Shown piece after piece: positions 37,438 to 47,047 of a DNA stretch of 64,000 nucleotides. The first letter of the stretch is position 1. The number at the start of each line of letters is the position of its first letter. Below the pieces are notes generated by a model that ran no database searches, was not told where the DNA came from, and worked only from the letters and a program-made list of their open reading frames with translations. The stretch covers positions 38,744 to 102,743 of the forward strand of contig CAINNJ010000027.1 of the NCBI GenBank assembly GCA_903851195.1. Direction: 5' to 3'. Both the position numbers and the translations under genes were made by a program. The DNA comes from an uncultured Acidobacteriia bacterium (GTDB taxonomy: Bacteria > Acidobacteriota > Terriglobia > Bryobacterales > Bryobacteraceae).

Positions 37438-37884
37438 ATGAAGGCGTTTCACTTCCGTCTCGACCAGGCATTGCGGTGGCGCGCCACGCAGCGCGACCTG
37501 GAAAAGTCCCGGGTCTCGGTCGCCGCAAAGCGCCTGCAGGATCTCCGTGAGGAGATTGACAGGCGCCGCGAAGAGATTACGGCGGGTGCCCGTCAGCTTC
37601 CGTCGAGCGGCACGACCGGCACGTCGCTCGCGGCGTGGAACGGGTTCACCGAGCAGTTGCGCCGCCGGATCCGGAGTCTGGAAGCCAGCGCGGCGGCTGC
37701 CGAACAGGAACTCGAGGTCCGATTGCAGGCCCTGACGGAGGCGAACCGAAGGGTTCAGTTGCTCGAAAACCTCCGGCAGACCGCGCACGGCAACTGGAAG
37801 GCGGAGTTCAACCGGGAACTCGAGACTGCCGCAGGAGAATTTTTTCTGTTCAGGCTACAATCAAGGGACAGGATGGGCGCGTAG
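37438..37884 (+). CDS. fliJ: flagellar export chaperone FliJ
   Basis: In-frame ATG at 37438 inside ORF 37039..37884. MKAFHFRLDQALRWR..., a 148-aa coiled coil following fliI. Confidence 0.75.
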   Translation: MKAFHFRLDQALRWRATQRDLEKSRVSVAAKRLQDLREEIDRRREEITAGARQLPSSGTTGTSLAAWNGFTEQLRRRIRSLEASAAAAEQELEVRLQALTEANRRVQLLENLRQTAHGNWKAEFNRELETAAGEFFLFRLQSRDRMGA

Positions 37885-37951
37885 CTCAGGTGGATAGAGC
37901 ATTAGCCTTCTAAGCTAAGGGTCGCAGGTTCGAGTCCTGCCGCGCCTACCA
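37875..37951 (+). tRNA. tRNA-Arg (anticodon TCT)
   Basis: Cloverleaf GGGCGCG/TA/GCTC-AGGTGGAT-AGAGC/A/TTAGC-CTTCTAA-GCTAA/GGGTC/GCAGG-TTCGAGT-CCTGC/CGCGCCT-A-CCA. Confidence 0.9.
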
Positions 37952-37970
37952 ACCGTCCTTCCCCCTCCCT

Positions 37971-39380
37971 TCACTGCGCTTTGTGGAATTCGAGCCCAAA
38001 AGGAGCCAACTGCTCCTTGATCACCTTCTCCTCCCCCACCGTCACCACCGTCATCCGCCACGAAGGGTAGTACTTTCGCCCGGCCGCTTCGACATCCTCC
38101 GCCGTCACTGCGCTCACTTTCTCCGTCTGGCGCCCCAACTCTTCCGGGGGCAGGGAATCAATCCACAGATTCGCCAGCGACCGCGCCACCGCCGACCGCG
38201 ACTGCAGTTGCAGCGCGGTCGAGCCCAGAATGTACCGCCGCGCGCTTTCAATCTCGTCCGCGTCCGGCTTCGTGGTCGCCATGCGGTTCAGTTCGTAATT
38301 GATTTCGTTGAAACTTGCGCCCGTCACCTCATTCCGGACTTCCGCGCGCGTCGCCAGAATGCCCGTCTCCCGCCGCGCCGTCAGCCGCGATCCTGGCGAG
38401 TACGTATACCCCTTGTCCTCGCGGATATTCGCCACCAGCCTAGAGCCGAACATACCCCCGTAAATCGCGTCGGCAATGCGCGCCGAAGCATAATCCGGAT
38501 CGTTCCGGCTCGGCCCCAGCGTCCCGATCAGAAACGCGGTCTGCACTGAATTCGGCCGTGGCACATAAACAATGGCTTTTGAGACGTTCGTTTTTGGCTT
38601 TTCGTCCCGTATCGCCCCTGCCTCGCCCCGCCCTTTCCAGTCCCCGAAAGCGGCTCGCACGGCCGTCCTCATCGCCGTTTCCGTGAAATCCCCCGTCACC
38701 ACCAGCAGGGTGCGATCCGGACGGAAACGCCGCGCGTACTCGATCCGCAACTGCGCCGCCGTTGTCTGGGCGACCGACTCCTTCGTCGGCGCCACGATGG
38801 AATACGCGTGCTCGCCGAAAAGCGCCCGGTAAAGCGCCCGGCGGCCCAGGAACGCGGGATCGGCCTCGTTCGCCTCCACGGTCGAAATCAGGTTGCTCTT
38901 CGCGATTTCCACTTCGGCATCCGCGAAATTCGCATTCCGCGCAACGTCCGCAATCAGCCGCAGCGCCGCCTCGCCCCTGGCGCTCAGAACACTGGTCTCC
39001 ATCACGATCGCGTCGGGCGTCGCGTCCGTATTCAGGTCTCCGCCCGCCGCGGCAATCTCCTCGGCCAGTTGTTTCGCCGACCGGCCCGAGGTTCCCTGGG
39101 TCATCGTCGCTCCAATCAGGTCCGCCAGACCGGGCCGGTCCTTCGGATCGCCCGTATATCCCCCACGGATGGCCAGCGTGAACGCCACTTTCGGAAAGCC
39201 GGAGGAAGGCGCCAGCCATACGGTCATTCCGTTATCGAGGGTGAACTGCTTCACCTGCGGCGCCTTTACTGGCCGCAGTGCCCCGTATGCCGGAAGGTCC
39301 TTTGGCAGCGCGCGTTTTTCCGCCCCGAAAACAGCCACGGGTAACGCCAGCGCCCACACCAGCAGTAGCCGGTTTCTCAT
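37971..39380 (-). CDS. M16 family (pitrilysin-like) peptidase, probably the non-catalytic partner
   Basis: 469 aa with signal peptide and M16 N/C domain pattern. I saw no HxxEH motif. ATGA-type overlap with the upstream M16 gene. Confidence 0.8.
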   Translation of the reverse strand: MRNRLLLVWALALPVAVFGAEKRALPKDLPAYGALRPVKAPQVKQFTLDNGMTVWLAPSSGFPKVAFTLAIRGGYTGDPKDRPGLADLIGATMTQGTSGRSAKQLAEEIAAAGGDLNTDATPDAIVMETSVLSARGEAALRLIADVARNANFADAEVEIAKSNLISTVEANEADPAFLGRRALYRALFGEHAYSIVAPTKESVAQTTAAQLRIEYARRFRPDRTLLVVTGDFTETAMRTAVRAAFGDWKGRGEAGAIRDEKPKTNVSKAIVYVPRPNSVQTAFLIGTLGPSRNDPDYASARIADAIYGGMFGSRLVANIREDKGYTYSPGSRLTARRETGILATRAEVRNEVTGASFNEINYELNRMATTKPDADEIESARRYILGSTALQLQSRSAVARSLANLWIDSLPPEELGRQTEKVSAVTAEDVEAAGRKYYPSWRMTVVTVGEEKVIKEQLAPFGLEFHKAQ

Positions 39381-40741
39381 TTGCTTTCCTTTCCCGCTTG
39401 CACAGGTCCCGCCGGCACACGCCAGATGAGCGTCCGGTTCTTCTTTACCAGATATTTCGCCGCGAACTTCTTCACTTCCTCCGCCGTCACCGTGGCGATC
39501 TGTTCGGGAACCGCGCTCACCACATCTGCGTTGCCGTCAAAAAGCACGGCATGCGCCAGCACCGATGCCCTGGTGATCGGGATTTCCAGTTGCCCGTACC
39601 AGTCCGACCGCATTTTCGTCTTCACACGTTCCAGTTCGGCGGCATTCGGGCCTTTTTCGGTCAAATCGGCAACAGCGGCGTCATAAGCTGTCAGGAGCGA
39701 CTCCTCGGTGCTTCCCGCCGGCGCCACCACGAACGACGTCATCAGCGTCGGTCCGTTGAATTCAAACGCGTTGCCGAGCGGCCAGTTCACGCCCCCGTCC
39801 ACGGAAACCGCCCGCTGCTTTTCCTTAACCAGATATTGATACAGCCGGGACGCCTGGCCGTTGTGCAGCAGGTCGCCGGTCACCGCCGCCACCACAGCCT
39901 CGCGAGTACCGCGCGCCGGCATCCGGTAGCCGACTGCCAGCGCGGGGATATTCGCCAGCTTGTCCTGCTCCGTAGCGCGTCGTTCAGCCGTCTGAGGCGC
40001 TTCGTCGAGTTTCACTTTGGGCGGAGCGGGACGCGCCGCGATGGCGCCGAAATACTTCTCCGCTTTGGCCAACGCTTCTTCCGCATTGAAATCGCCCACC
40101 AGCGCTACCACGGCATTATTTGGGGAATAGTACTGCTCGTAAAACTTCTCCACGTCGCCGATCTTCGCCGCGTCCAGGTCTTTGAATTCGCCATAGAAGT
40201 TGTGGGCGTTGGGGTAGGTGTCGAACGCCTTGCCCGGCAGATCGATCGCGAAGAACAGTCCGTACGGCTGGTTCAGCACGTTCACGCGGACCTCTTCCTC
40301 CACCACCTTCCGCTGGTTCTCCAGGTTGGCCGGGGCGAAGTCGAGCGTTTTCATTCGGTCGGCCTCGATCCACAGAATCGGATCGAGCGCCGATACAGGC
40401 GCCGTTTCGATGTACTCCGTAAAGTCATACCGCGTATCGCCGTTGTTATTGCCGCCGCCGCCTTCGATCACCTTGTCGAGCGTTCCCTTCGGCGCGACCG
40501 GCGTGCCCTCGAACATCATGTGTTCAAACAGATGCGCGAAGCCGGTGCGGCCTTCCGGCTCGAGCCGAAAGCCGATGCCGTAGGATACGCAAATGCCGAA
40601 CGTAGGCGCGGAATGGTCTTCGGAAACAACCACGCGCAGGCCGTTTGGCAGCGTTTTACCCGCAACCGGAACCTTCCACGTTTGCCCGAACGCCGCAGCG
40701 CTCCAGATTCCCCAACAGAAAAGTCCCGCTGTCAGCCTCAT
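39377..40741 (-). CDS. M16 family zinc peptidase (HxxEH active site)
   Basis: ORF 39377..40867; start at MRLTAGLFCWGIWSAAAFG. FAHLFEHMMFEGT inverted zinc-binding motif. Confidence 0.88.
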   Translation of the reverse strand: MRLTAGLFCWGIWSAAAFGQTWKVPVAGKTLPNGLRVVVSEDHSAPTFGICVSYGIGFRLEPEGRTGFAHLFEHMMFEGTPVAPKGTLDKVIEGGGGNNNGDTRYDFTEYIETAPVSALDPILWIEADRMKTLDFAPANLENQRKVVEEEVRVNVLNQPYGLFFAIDLPGKAFDTYPNAHNFYGEFKDLDAAKIGDVEKFYEQYYSPNNAVVALVGDFNAEEALAKAEKYFGAIAARPAPPKVKLDEAPQTAERRATEQDKLANIPALAVGYRMPARGTREAVVAAVTGDLLHNGQASRLYQYLVKEKQRAVSVDGGVNWPLGNAFEFNGPTLMTSFVVAPAGSTEESLLTAYDAAVADLTEKGPNAAELERVKTKMRSDWYGQLEIPITRASVLAHAVLFDGNADVVSAVPEQIATVTAEEVKKFAAKYLVKKNRTLIWRVPAGPVQAGKESK

Positions 40742-40877
40742 CGCACTCCTCTTCTTCCTAATAAACGATAACGGCAGCCCGCCAGTTCGCAGCGGTTCGG
40801 GCGAATAAGAAGGCCCTGAAAATCCACATTTGACTTTCCACACCGCCGGGAGGATGATCAACGACAAGGGGAATTAT

Positions 40878-42104
40878 ATGAAAACCCAAGTTCGTCTGGC
40901 CTCGGTGGCGGTGCTGATCGGCTGTACGGCAATAGCCGGAAGCGCGCAGAGCGTGATTTCCGCTCACTCCGGAACCCTTCATTATTTCGATGGTTCCGTT
41001 TCGATCGATGGGCAATCGGTGCAGTCGAAGGTGGGAAAGTTCTCCGAGATCAAAGAGAACAGCGTCCTTCGCACCGGTCAGGGCCGCGCGGAGGTTTTGC
41101 TGACACCCGGAGTTTTTCTCCGCGTCGGCGAGAACACTGAGATCAAAATGCTGGACAACCGTCTGCTGAGCACCCGCGTGGAAATCCTCTCGGGCACCGC
41201 GATGCTGGAGTCGGACGACCCGGAAGTCTCCGTGAAGAACCCGGCCGTCACGCTGATCTATAAGGATTACGAGATCCAGCCCGTGAAAAACGCCGTTCTG
41301 GAAATCGCGTCTGTCCACGGCCAGTTGAAAGTGTTCAAGGGACAGGCCTCTGTCTCTGCCGGCGCCAGTCATATCGTCGTCAAGGAAGGCAAGCTGATGC
41401 CGTTTTCGGCCGCGCTGCTCACGGAGAAGTTCGACGAAAAACAGGCCGACGATCTGTATCTGTGGGCGCGTGACCGGTCCGCGTATCTCTCGGCAGCGAA
41501 CATGTCCTCCGCCCGTTCGCTCGCCTCAAGCGGCTACCCGCTGAACGGCCTCGGCGGTGGCTTCATGGGACTCGGTTATAACAGCAGCTTCAGCGGCGGC
41601 TGGTACTACAACCCGTATCTGAGCATGTATACCTACATGCCCTACGGCGGCGTCGCGTGGAGCCCGTTCGGATACGGATATTTCAGCCCTTACACGATTT
41701 ACTCGTACTATTCCCCGGGCAACTATTACTGGTACGGCGGTGGTTCGCGCGGCAGTTCCTCCGGAGTGCCGCTGTCAACCATCGGGACCTCTTCCCTCGC
41801 TTCCCAGCAGGTTGCGAGAACCGGTGCCGGAACCGCGACGCATCCCACGCTGAGTTCACCCGTGCGCACCGCTGGCGGATTCTCCGGTACGAACGCAGCG
41901 GCTTCCGGTGGCTTCCGCGACGGATTCAGCGGCGGCTCCGGCACCCGGGGCGGATTTAATCCCGGCTTCAACAGTGGTGTAACCAACTCAGCCCCTGTAA
42001 GCGCTCCCTCTTCGAACAGCGGTGGCTTCGCGGCCGCCGGTGCACGGGGTGGTGGCGGCTCGGTGGGTGGTGGCGGAGTCGGTGGCGGCTCGCGAGGCAA
42101 GTAA
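40878..42104 (+). CDS. secreted FecR-domain-like protein with Tyr/Gly/Ser-rich C-terminal low-complexity region
   Basis: ORF 40830..42104; start at MKTQVRLASVAVLIGCTAIAGSAQS. N-terminal ..LRTGQGRAEVLLTPGVFLRVGENTEI.. is FecR-like. C-terminal half is GGWYYNPYLSMYTYMPYGG..GGGGSVGGGGVGGGS. Confidence 0.6.
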   Translation: MKTQVRLASVAVLIGCTAIAGSAQSVISAHSGTLHYFDGSVSIDGQSVQSKVGKFSEIKENSVLRTGQGRAEVLLTPGVFLRVGENTEIKMLDNRLLSTRVEILSGTAMLESDDPEVSVKNPAVTLIYKDYEIQPVKNAVLEIASVHGQLKVFKGQASVSAGASHIVVKEGKLMPFSAALLTEKFDEKQADDLYLWARDRSAYLSAANMSSARSLASSGYPLNGLGGGFMGLGYNSSFSGGWYYNPYLSMYTYMPYGGVAWSPFGYGYFSPYTIYSYYSPGNYYWYGGGSRGSSSGVPLSTIGTSSLASQQVARTGAGTATHPTLSSPVRTAGGFSGTNAAASGGFRDGFSGGSGTRGGFNPGFNSGVTNSAPVSAPSSNSGGFAAAGARGGGGSVGGGGVGGGSRGK

Positions 42105-42147
42105 ACACTGCCTTAGCTGGGGAAAACGATAGCTCGCGTGGTATCCT

Positions 42148-42186
42148 GAAGCTTCGCGTCGAATCTGACGCGAAGCTTCTTTTCAG
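42148..42186 (+). terminator. rho-independent terminator
   Basis: GAAGCTTCGCGTC-GAATCT-GACGCGAAGCTTC (13-bp stem) followed by TTTTCAGTTT. Confidence 0.85.
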
Positions 42187-42189
42187 TTT

Positions 42190-42279
42190 GGAGAGATGGC
42201 CGAGTGGTTGAAGGCGCACGCTTGGAAAGCGTGTATAGGGGAAACTCTATCGAGGGTTCGAATCCCTCTCTCTCCGCCA
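42190..42279 (+). tRNA. tRNA-Ser (anticodon GGA)
   Basis: GGAGAGA acceptor, long variable arm, anticodon stem-loop CACGC-TTGGAAA-GCGTG, T-arm GAGGG-TTCGAAT-CCCTC, 3' TCTCTCC-G-CCA. Confidence 0.9.
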
Positions 42280-42309
42280 TAACAAAGCGAAGATGCAATC
42301 CTCGCCCGG

Positions 42310-43329
42310 TCACATTCCGGGCTGCAGCAGCCGTCTTGCTGCGTGGCGTCCCAGCGTAGTAAGCGCGTAAAGCCACGGATTTTCCAGCGCTCGAGCCGTA
42401 TCGCCCGCCTGGGGACGGTTCTTCGGCAGAAAACGCCCGGCCATTCCCAGCAGATCGATTGTCATGCCCGGCAAAACGCCGTGCAGGCGCGCCAGCACAT
42501 TGGCCGGAACGCTGAGAATGCGTTCGGAGTATCCAAACCGGGTGGCGTCGACGATCTGTTCCGCAGCCCGTTCCGCAGCCATTGACACCCCCGGCAGACT
42601 GGCGCTGACACTAAACCAGGCAGCCTCCGCGTCTTCATTCCCTTTGAATTCCGCGTTGACATGCGAGCCGGTCCGCATCAGTCCGGGCGCGATCGTCACT
42701 ACCTTGACACCCGTCCCCTGTAGTTCCGCCCCCATCCCTTCGGAAAACGCAGCCGCGGCAAACTTCGCGCAGCTATAGGGCACCAGATGCGGGATGCTGG
42801 CCTTCGCTCCGACCGACGTAATGTTGATCACGCGGGACTTCCTTCGCCTGCGAAGATGAGGCAGCGCCGCCAGCGTCGTGTGCACCGTGCCCCAGAACAT
42901 CACATTCATCGTCTTTTCGAAATCGGCGATCGACATCGCCTCTACCGGGCCTACCTGAATCACGCCCGCATTGTTCACCACCACGTCGAGCCGCCCATAC
43001 CGGGCGATCACGGCGGCGATCATGTGCCCTACCTGCGCTTCATCGCTGACGTCGCACACCACGGTCAACACGTCCGCGCCGCGGTTCGCCAGATCGCGTT
43101 TCGATACCTCCAGTTCGTTCTGGTCGCGCGCGCAGACCGCGATCGACGCTCCGTACTTCGCGAACGCGCGCGCGAGCGCCAGTCCGAGACCCCGCGATCC
43201 GCCTGTAATCAGGACAACCTTCCCGGCCAGATCCAACGGATCCCGCCTGTTCCATACCGCCGAGGCTACGCCCGCAATCACCGCCGCCGATCCGATCATC
43301 AAGGCCCCCCGCTTCACTGCTCTGTTCAT
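42310..43329 (-). CDS. SDR family oxidoreductase (N-terminal TM)
   Basis: ORF 42310..43752. Start at MNRAVKRG gives an ATGA overlap with the upstream SDR. GKVVLITGGSRGLG and YSCAKFA (YxxxK). Confidence 0.85.
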   Translation of the reverse strand: MNRAVKRGALMIGSAAVIAGVASAVWNRRDPLDLAGKVVLITGGSRGLGLALARAFAKYGASIAVCARDQNELEVSKRDLANRGADVLTVVCDVSDEAQVGHMIAAVIARYGRLDVVVNNAGVIQVGPVEAMSIADFEKTMNVMFWGTVHTTLAALPHLRRRRKSRVINITSVGAKASIPHLVPYSCAKFAAAAFSEGMGAELQGTGVKVVTIAPGLMRTGSHVNAEFKGNEDAEAAWFSVSASLPGVSMAAERAAEQIVDATRFGYSERILSVPANVLARLHGVLPGMTIDLLGMAGRFLPKNRPQAGDTARALENPWLYALTTLGRHAARRLLQPGM

Positions 43330-44207
43330 GGCAGCGCCTTGCCGCCGGTCAGGTCCATTACGGACCCCGTGACGTAGCTCGACTCCGAACTCGCCAGGAA
43401 CACATACGCCGGCGCCAGTTCGGCGGGCTGCGCGGGTCTGGTCATCTGTCCCTGTTCCCCGAAATGCGCGACTTTCTCGTCGGGCATGGTGGAAGAGATC
43501 AGGGGCGTCCAGACCGGGCCCGGCGCCACCGCATTCACGCGAATGCCCTGCTCGATGACCAGTTGCGACAGGGCTTTCGTAAAGGTCACGATCGCGCCTT
43601 TCGTCGTGGCATAAGGCAGCAGTTGCCCCGTCGGCTGATATGCCTGCACGGAAGTGGTGTTGAGAATCGTGCTCCCCGGTTTCATGTGCGGCACAGCAGC
43701 CTTCGAAAGATGAAACATCGGGTCGATATTGGTGCGGAAGGTGCGGTCCCACTCCTCTGCCGTGAAATCCTCCAGTTTGGGGTGGCTCATCTGAAAAGCC
43801 GCGTTATTCACCAGAACATCCAGCCGGCCGAACTCGCTCACAGTGCGATCGACCAGTTCAACGCAGTGCTGTTCGTCCCGGATGTCACCGGGCAGGGACA
43901 AAAATCTGCGGCCAGCCTCTTTGATCCACTTCACCGTATCGCGCGCGTCCGGCTCCTCTTCCGGCAGATACGAAATCGCAATATCCGCTCCTTCCCGCGC
44001 GAAGGCGATCGCGACGGCGCGTCCGATCCCGCTGTCTCCTCCGGTAATCAGCGCGGTCTTGCCGCGCAGCCGGTCATGACCCCGGTAGCTCTCTTCGCCG
44101 TGGTCCGGCTTGTTGCGCATTTCCGTTTCGAGCCCCGGCGGAGCCTGTTTTGGCTCCCGGTACGGAGGCTTTTCATGGCGTTCCCTGGGGTGCGTCTCAT
44201 CGGGCAT
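43326..44207 (-). CDS. SDR family oxidoreductase (general-stress YhdF/YghA-like)
   Basis: 293 aa; GKTALITGGDSGIGRAVA, YATTKGA. Confidence 0.85.
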   Translation of the reverse strand: MPDETHPRERHEKPPYREPKQAPPGLETEMRNKPDHGEESYRGHDRLRGKTALITGGDSGIGRAVAIAFAREGADIAISYLPEEEPDARDTVKWIKEAGRRFLSLPGDIRDEQHCVELVDRTVSEFGRLDVLVNNAAFQMSHPKLEDFTAEEWDRTFRTNIDPMFHLSKAAVPHMKPGSTILNTTSVQAYQPTGQLLPYATTKGAIVTFTKALSQLVIEQGIRVNAVAPGPVWTPLISSTMPDEKVAHFGEQGQMTRPAQPAELAPAYVFLASSESSYVTGSVMDLTGGKALP

Positions 44208-44231
44208 ACGAATCTCTCCTGAAAAATTGCT

Positions 44232-45377
44232 CTATCGCGAACTGCGTTGATCCGGACGAGCCGGTTGCCCGTCTGTCGGGATTCGGAACAACAGATACGG
44301 CTGCACGCGCAGATCTCTACCGCCGTGAAACTGCTTCTGCCTTTCCAGCTGATTGCAGGTGAAGTACAGATAACCGCCGACCAGCGACAGGGTATCCGGC
44401 CAGAGCATTCGCGGATCCTGCGCGACCGTTTGCCACTTCCCGTCGCGATCCCGCCTGCGAATCAGATTGTGCTCATAGTCGGAGGCATACACACGGCCCT
44501 CCGCATCGCATTCGAGTCCATCCGACGCGCCGCCCTTGTCGCCCAGATCGGCGACGGATTTCTCCACCTCGGCCTCGGTGCGCCGCGGGTCGGAAAGCAG
44601 GTCGAGATTGACGCTGTACAAATGCCGTCCCGACAGGGGTGAATAGTAAAGGAGCCGTCGGGCCGGATCGATGGCGATTCCGTCGGAGCCCAGCGCCCAC
44701 TTGGTCTTCTTACCCGACGGCGCGACGTTCCATAACTCCTGGCCCTCCACCACCGCCGTGAAGGCGGGGTCTGGCTTTACGGAAGGATGTCCGCTCAGCC
44801 GTCGCCAACTCTTGCCGGACGCCAGATCCACTACGATAAGGCCATTGGGACTCTGCTCGCCCGAGTCCGTTATATAGGCGAAACCCTCGCTCCCGCGGCT
44901 GAGATCGAACCGGACATCGTTTAAGTAAGTGGTTGGCAGCGCGACATCCGCCGGAAACAGAATCTTCTTGAAAATCCGCTTATTCCCCAGGCCGATTCCC
45001 ACCAGTTTCGGCCCGCCGTAAGTGGTCTTCCCGAACTGAATGCTTCCGGTATCCAGGATCCACAACCGATCGCGCGGATCCACCACGACACTCTGCACGG
45101 AAATGAGGCGATCGGCCTGTTTCGCCATTTCCGGCTGGTTGAGATCAGCGTCCGGAAAGGGGACCACTTTGCCATCGCGAATCTCGCCGACCGTGAAATC
45201 CACGGCATCCCCCCAGCGGGGAAAATTGACGAAGATGCGTCCGGCTTTCGAAACGGTCACGCCGGTCGGCATGGGCCCCAGGAACTGATGAACAATTTCC
45301 GGGGTCGCCGCGGGCAAGCCGGAGGAAAACATAAGAGTAAGTGCGAAAAGCCCGCCCGGGCAATGCAGAGCGTTCAT
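44232..45377 (-). CDS. secreted yellow/major royal jelly protein (MRJP) family protein
   Basis: ORF 44232..45482; start at MNALHCPGGLFALTLMF. ..VQSVVVDPRDRLWILDTGS.. and ..YFTCNQL.. patterns are typical of bacterial yellow-like beta-propellers. Confidence 0.6.
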   Translation of the reverse strand: MNALHCPGGLFALTLMFSSGLPAATPEIVHQFLGPMPTGVTVSKAGRIFVNFPRWGDAVDFTVGEIRDGKVVPFPDADLNQPEMAKQADRLISVQSVVVDPRDRLWILDTGSIQFGKTTYGGPKLVGIGLGNKRIFKKILFPADVALPTTYLNDVRFDLSRGSEGFAYITDSGEQSPNGLIVVDLASGKSWRRLSGHPSVKPDPAFTAVVEGQELWNVAPSGKKTKWALGSDGIAIDPARRLLYYSPLSGRHLYSVNLDLLSDPRRTEAEVEKSVADLGDKGGASDGLECDAEGRVYASDYEHNLIRRRDRDGKWQTVAQDPRMLWPDTLSLVGGYLYFTCNQLERQKQFHGGRDLRVQPYLLFRIPTDGQPARPDQRSSR

Positions 45378-45502
45378 TTTTTCCAATCGACCGGCAAAGT
45401 GGCAGCTTGCATGCCGTTGTAAGTTCCGGTGCGTGCCCCGGCGCCGCCCGAGCGGGAGGTAAGCAACAACGGAGCGGAACATGCAGCCTGCTTGCCTACA
45501 AG

Positions 45503-47047
45503 ATGGGTACCAGCGCGAAACATCTCAATCAGAACGATGGCGGCCAGAACGACCAAAGCCGAAACGATCCCGCCGACATTGCGCGAGTGGCGAAAGAGCG
45601 CCTCGGGTTCGACGAACTCCGCCCCGGACAGAGCGAAGCGGTCCAGGCAATTCTGGACGGGCACGACACGCTTGTCGTGCAGCCCACCGGTTCGGGAAAA
45701 TCCGCGATCTACCAGATCGCCGGGCTGCTGATCGAAGGGGCCACGGTTATCGTTTCGCCGCTGATCGCCTTACAAAAAGATCAGGTGGATTCGATCCGGG
45801 ATCAGAACTCCGCCGCGGCAGCAGCCGTGAATTCCGCGCAAAAGGCATCGCATATTCGCGAAAACGTGCAGCGCCTCGAAGAAGGCGAACTCGAATATAT
45901 TTTTCTCTCTCCGGAGCAACTCGCCAAACCGTCCACGATCGAAACGCTTCAGCGTTCGAATGTCTCTCTGTTCGTGGTGGATGAAGCGCATTGCGTGAGC
46001 CAGTGGGGCCACGATTTCCGCCCGGACTACCTTCGTCTCGGCGCCGCTATCGAAGCCCTTGGCCATCCGCGGGTTCTCGCCCTCACGGCAACCGCTTCGC
46101 CACGGGTTCGGGAGGAGATAGCGGAGCGTCTCGGCCTGCGCGAGCCGAAAGTTTTCGTGCAGGGCTTCGATCGTCCGAATATCTATCTGCGGGTCGACAA
46201 GTTCGAAACGGAGACGGAAAAGCGCGACGCTCTGATTCACCGGGTGCGATGGGCGGATAAGCCCGGCATCATCTATGTCGCAACCCGGCGGGCAGCGCGA
46301 GAGGTGATGCAGGCGCTTGAAGAGGAAGGTATCGACTCCCTGTATTATCATGGCGGTCTCGGGCGCAAGGAACGGGACGAAGCTCACGAGTGGTTCATGT
46401 CCGGCGCCAGCGGCGTCATGGTCGCCACGAATGCTTTCGGAATGGGAGTCGATAAGCCGGATGTCCGTTTTGTTTACCATTACGATCCACCGGATTCGCC
46501 GGACTCCTATTATCAGGAAATCGGCCGCGCTGGGCGCGACGGCGAGAGGGCAGATGCAATTCTCTTCTTCCGCCAGGAAGACATTGGCTCGCAGAGCTTC
46601 CACGCCACGGAAGGAAAACCCGACCCGGAACTGCTCGAACAGTTCGCCACCAGACTCGCCGCCATTCAGGGGCCGCCCGATTATGAGTCGATGAGCGCGG
46701 AACTCGGCATCGCGCCCCGAAAGCTCTCGATTGCACTGCAACATCTGGAAGACACCGGCGTCGCGGAAATCCGCGCCAGCGGTGAGGTTCACATCGCGGA
46801 AGATGCCGATCTTTCCGCCGCCGCTCAGCAGGCCGCTGAAGAGCAGGAAGGGCGCAGCGGCTCCCGCAGAGCGCGCCTGGAACGGATGCGCGAATACGGA
46901 GACACCACGAAATGCCGGCGTGAGATGCTTCTCCGCTATCTCGGAGACGATTATAACGGCCCGTGCAATTTCTGCGACAACTGCGATGCCACTCAGGACC
47001 GCGTGCCGATTGATCCCTCAGCCGGAACCAGAAGAGAGATTGTTTAA
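45503..47047 (+). CDS. recQ: RecQ-family ATP-dependent DNA helicase (short form)
   Basis: ORF 45341..47047; start at MGTSAKHL. QPTGSGKS, VVDEAHCVSQWGHDFRPDY, C-terminal Cys cluster CRREMLL..GPCNFCDNC. No HRDC-length tail. Confidence 0.85.
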   Translation: MGTSAKHLNQNDGGQNDQSRNDPADIARVAKERLGFDELRPGQSEAVQAILDGHDTLVVQPTGSGKSAIYQIAGLLIEGATVIVSPLIALQKDQVDSIRDQNSAAAAAVNSAQKASHIRENVQRLEEGELEYIFLSPEQLAKPSTIETLQRSNVSLFVVDEAHCVSQWGHDFRPDYLRLGAAIEALGHPRVLALTATASPRVREEIAERLGLREPKVFVQGFDRPNIYLRVDKFETETEKRDALIHRVRWADKPGIIYVATRRAAREVMQALEEEGIDSLYYHGGLGRKERDEAHEWFMSGASGVMVATNAFGMGVDKPDVRFVYHYDPPDSPDSYYQEIGRAGRDGERADAILFFRQEDIGSQSFHATEGKPDPELLEQFATRLAAIQGPPDYESMSAELGIAPRKLSIALQHLEDTGVAEIRASGEVHIAEDADLSAAAQQAAEEQEGRSGSRRARLERMREYGDTTKCRREMLLRYLGDDYNGPCNFCDNCDATQDRVPIDPSAGTRREIV

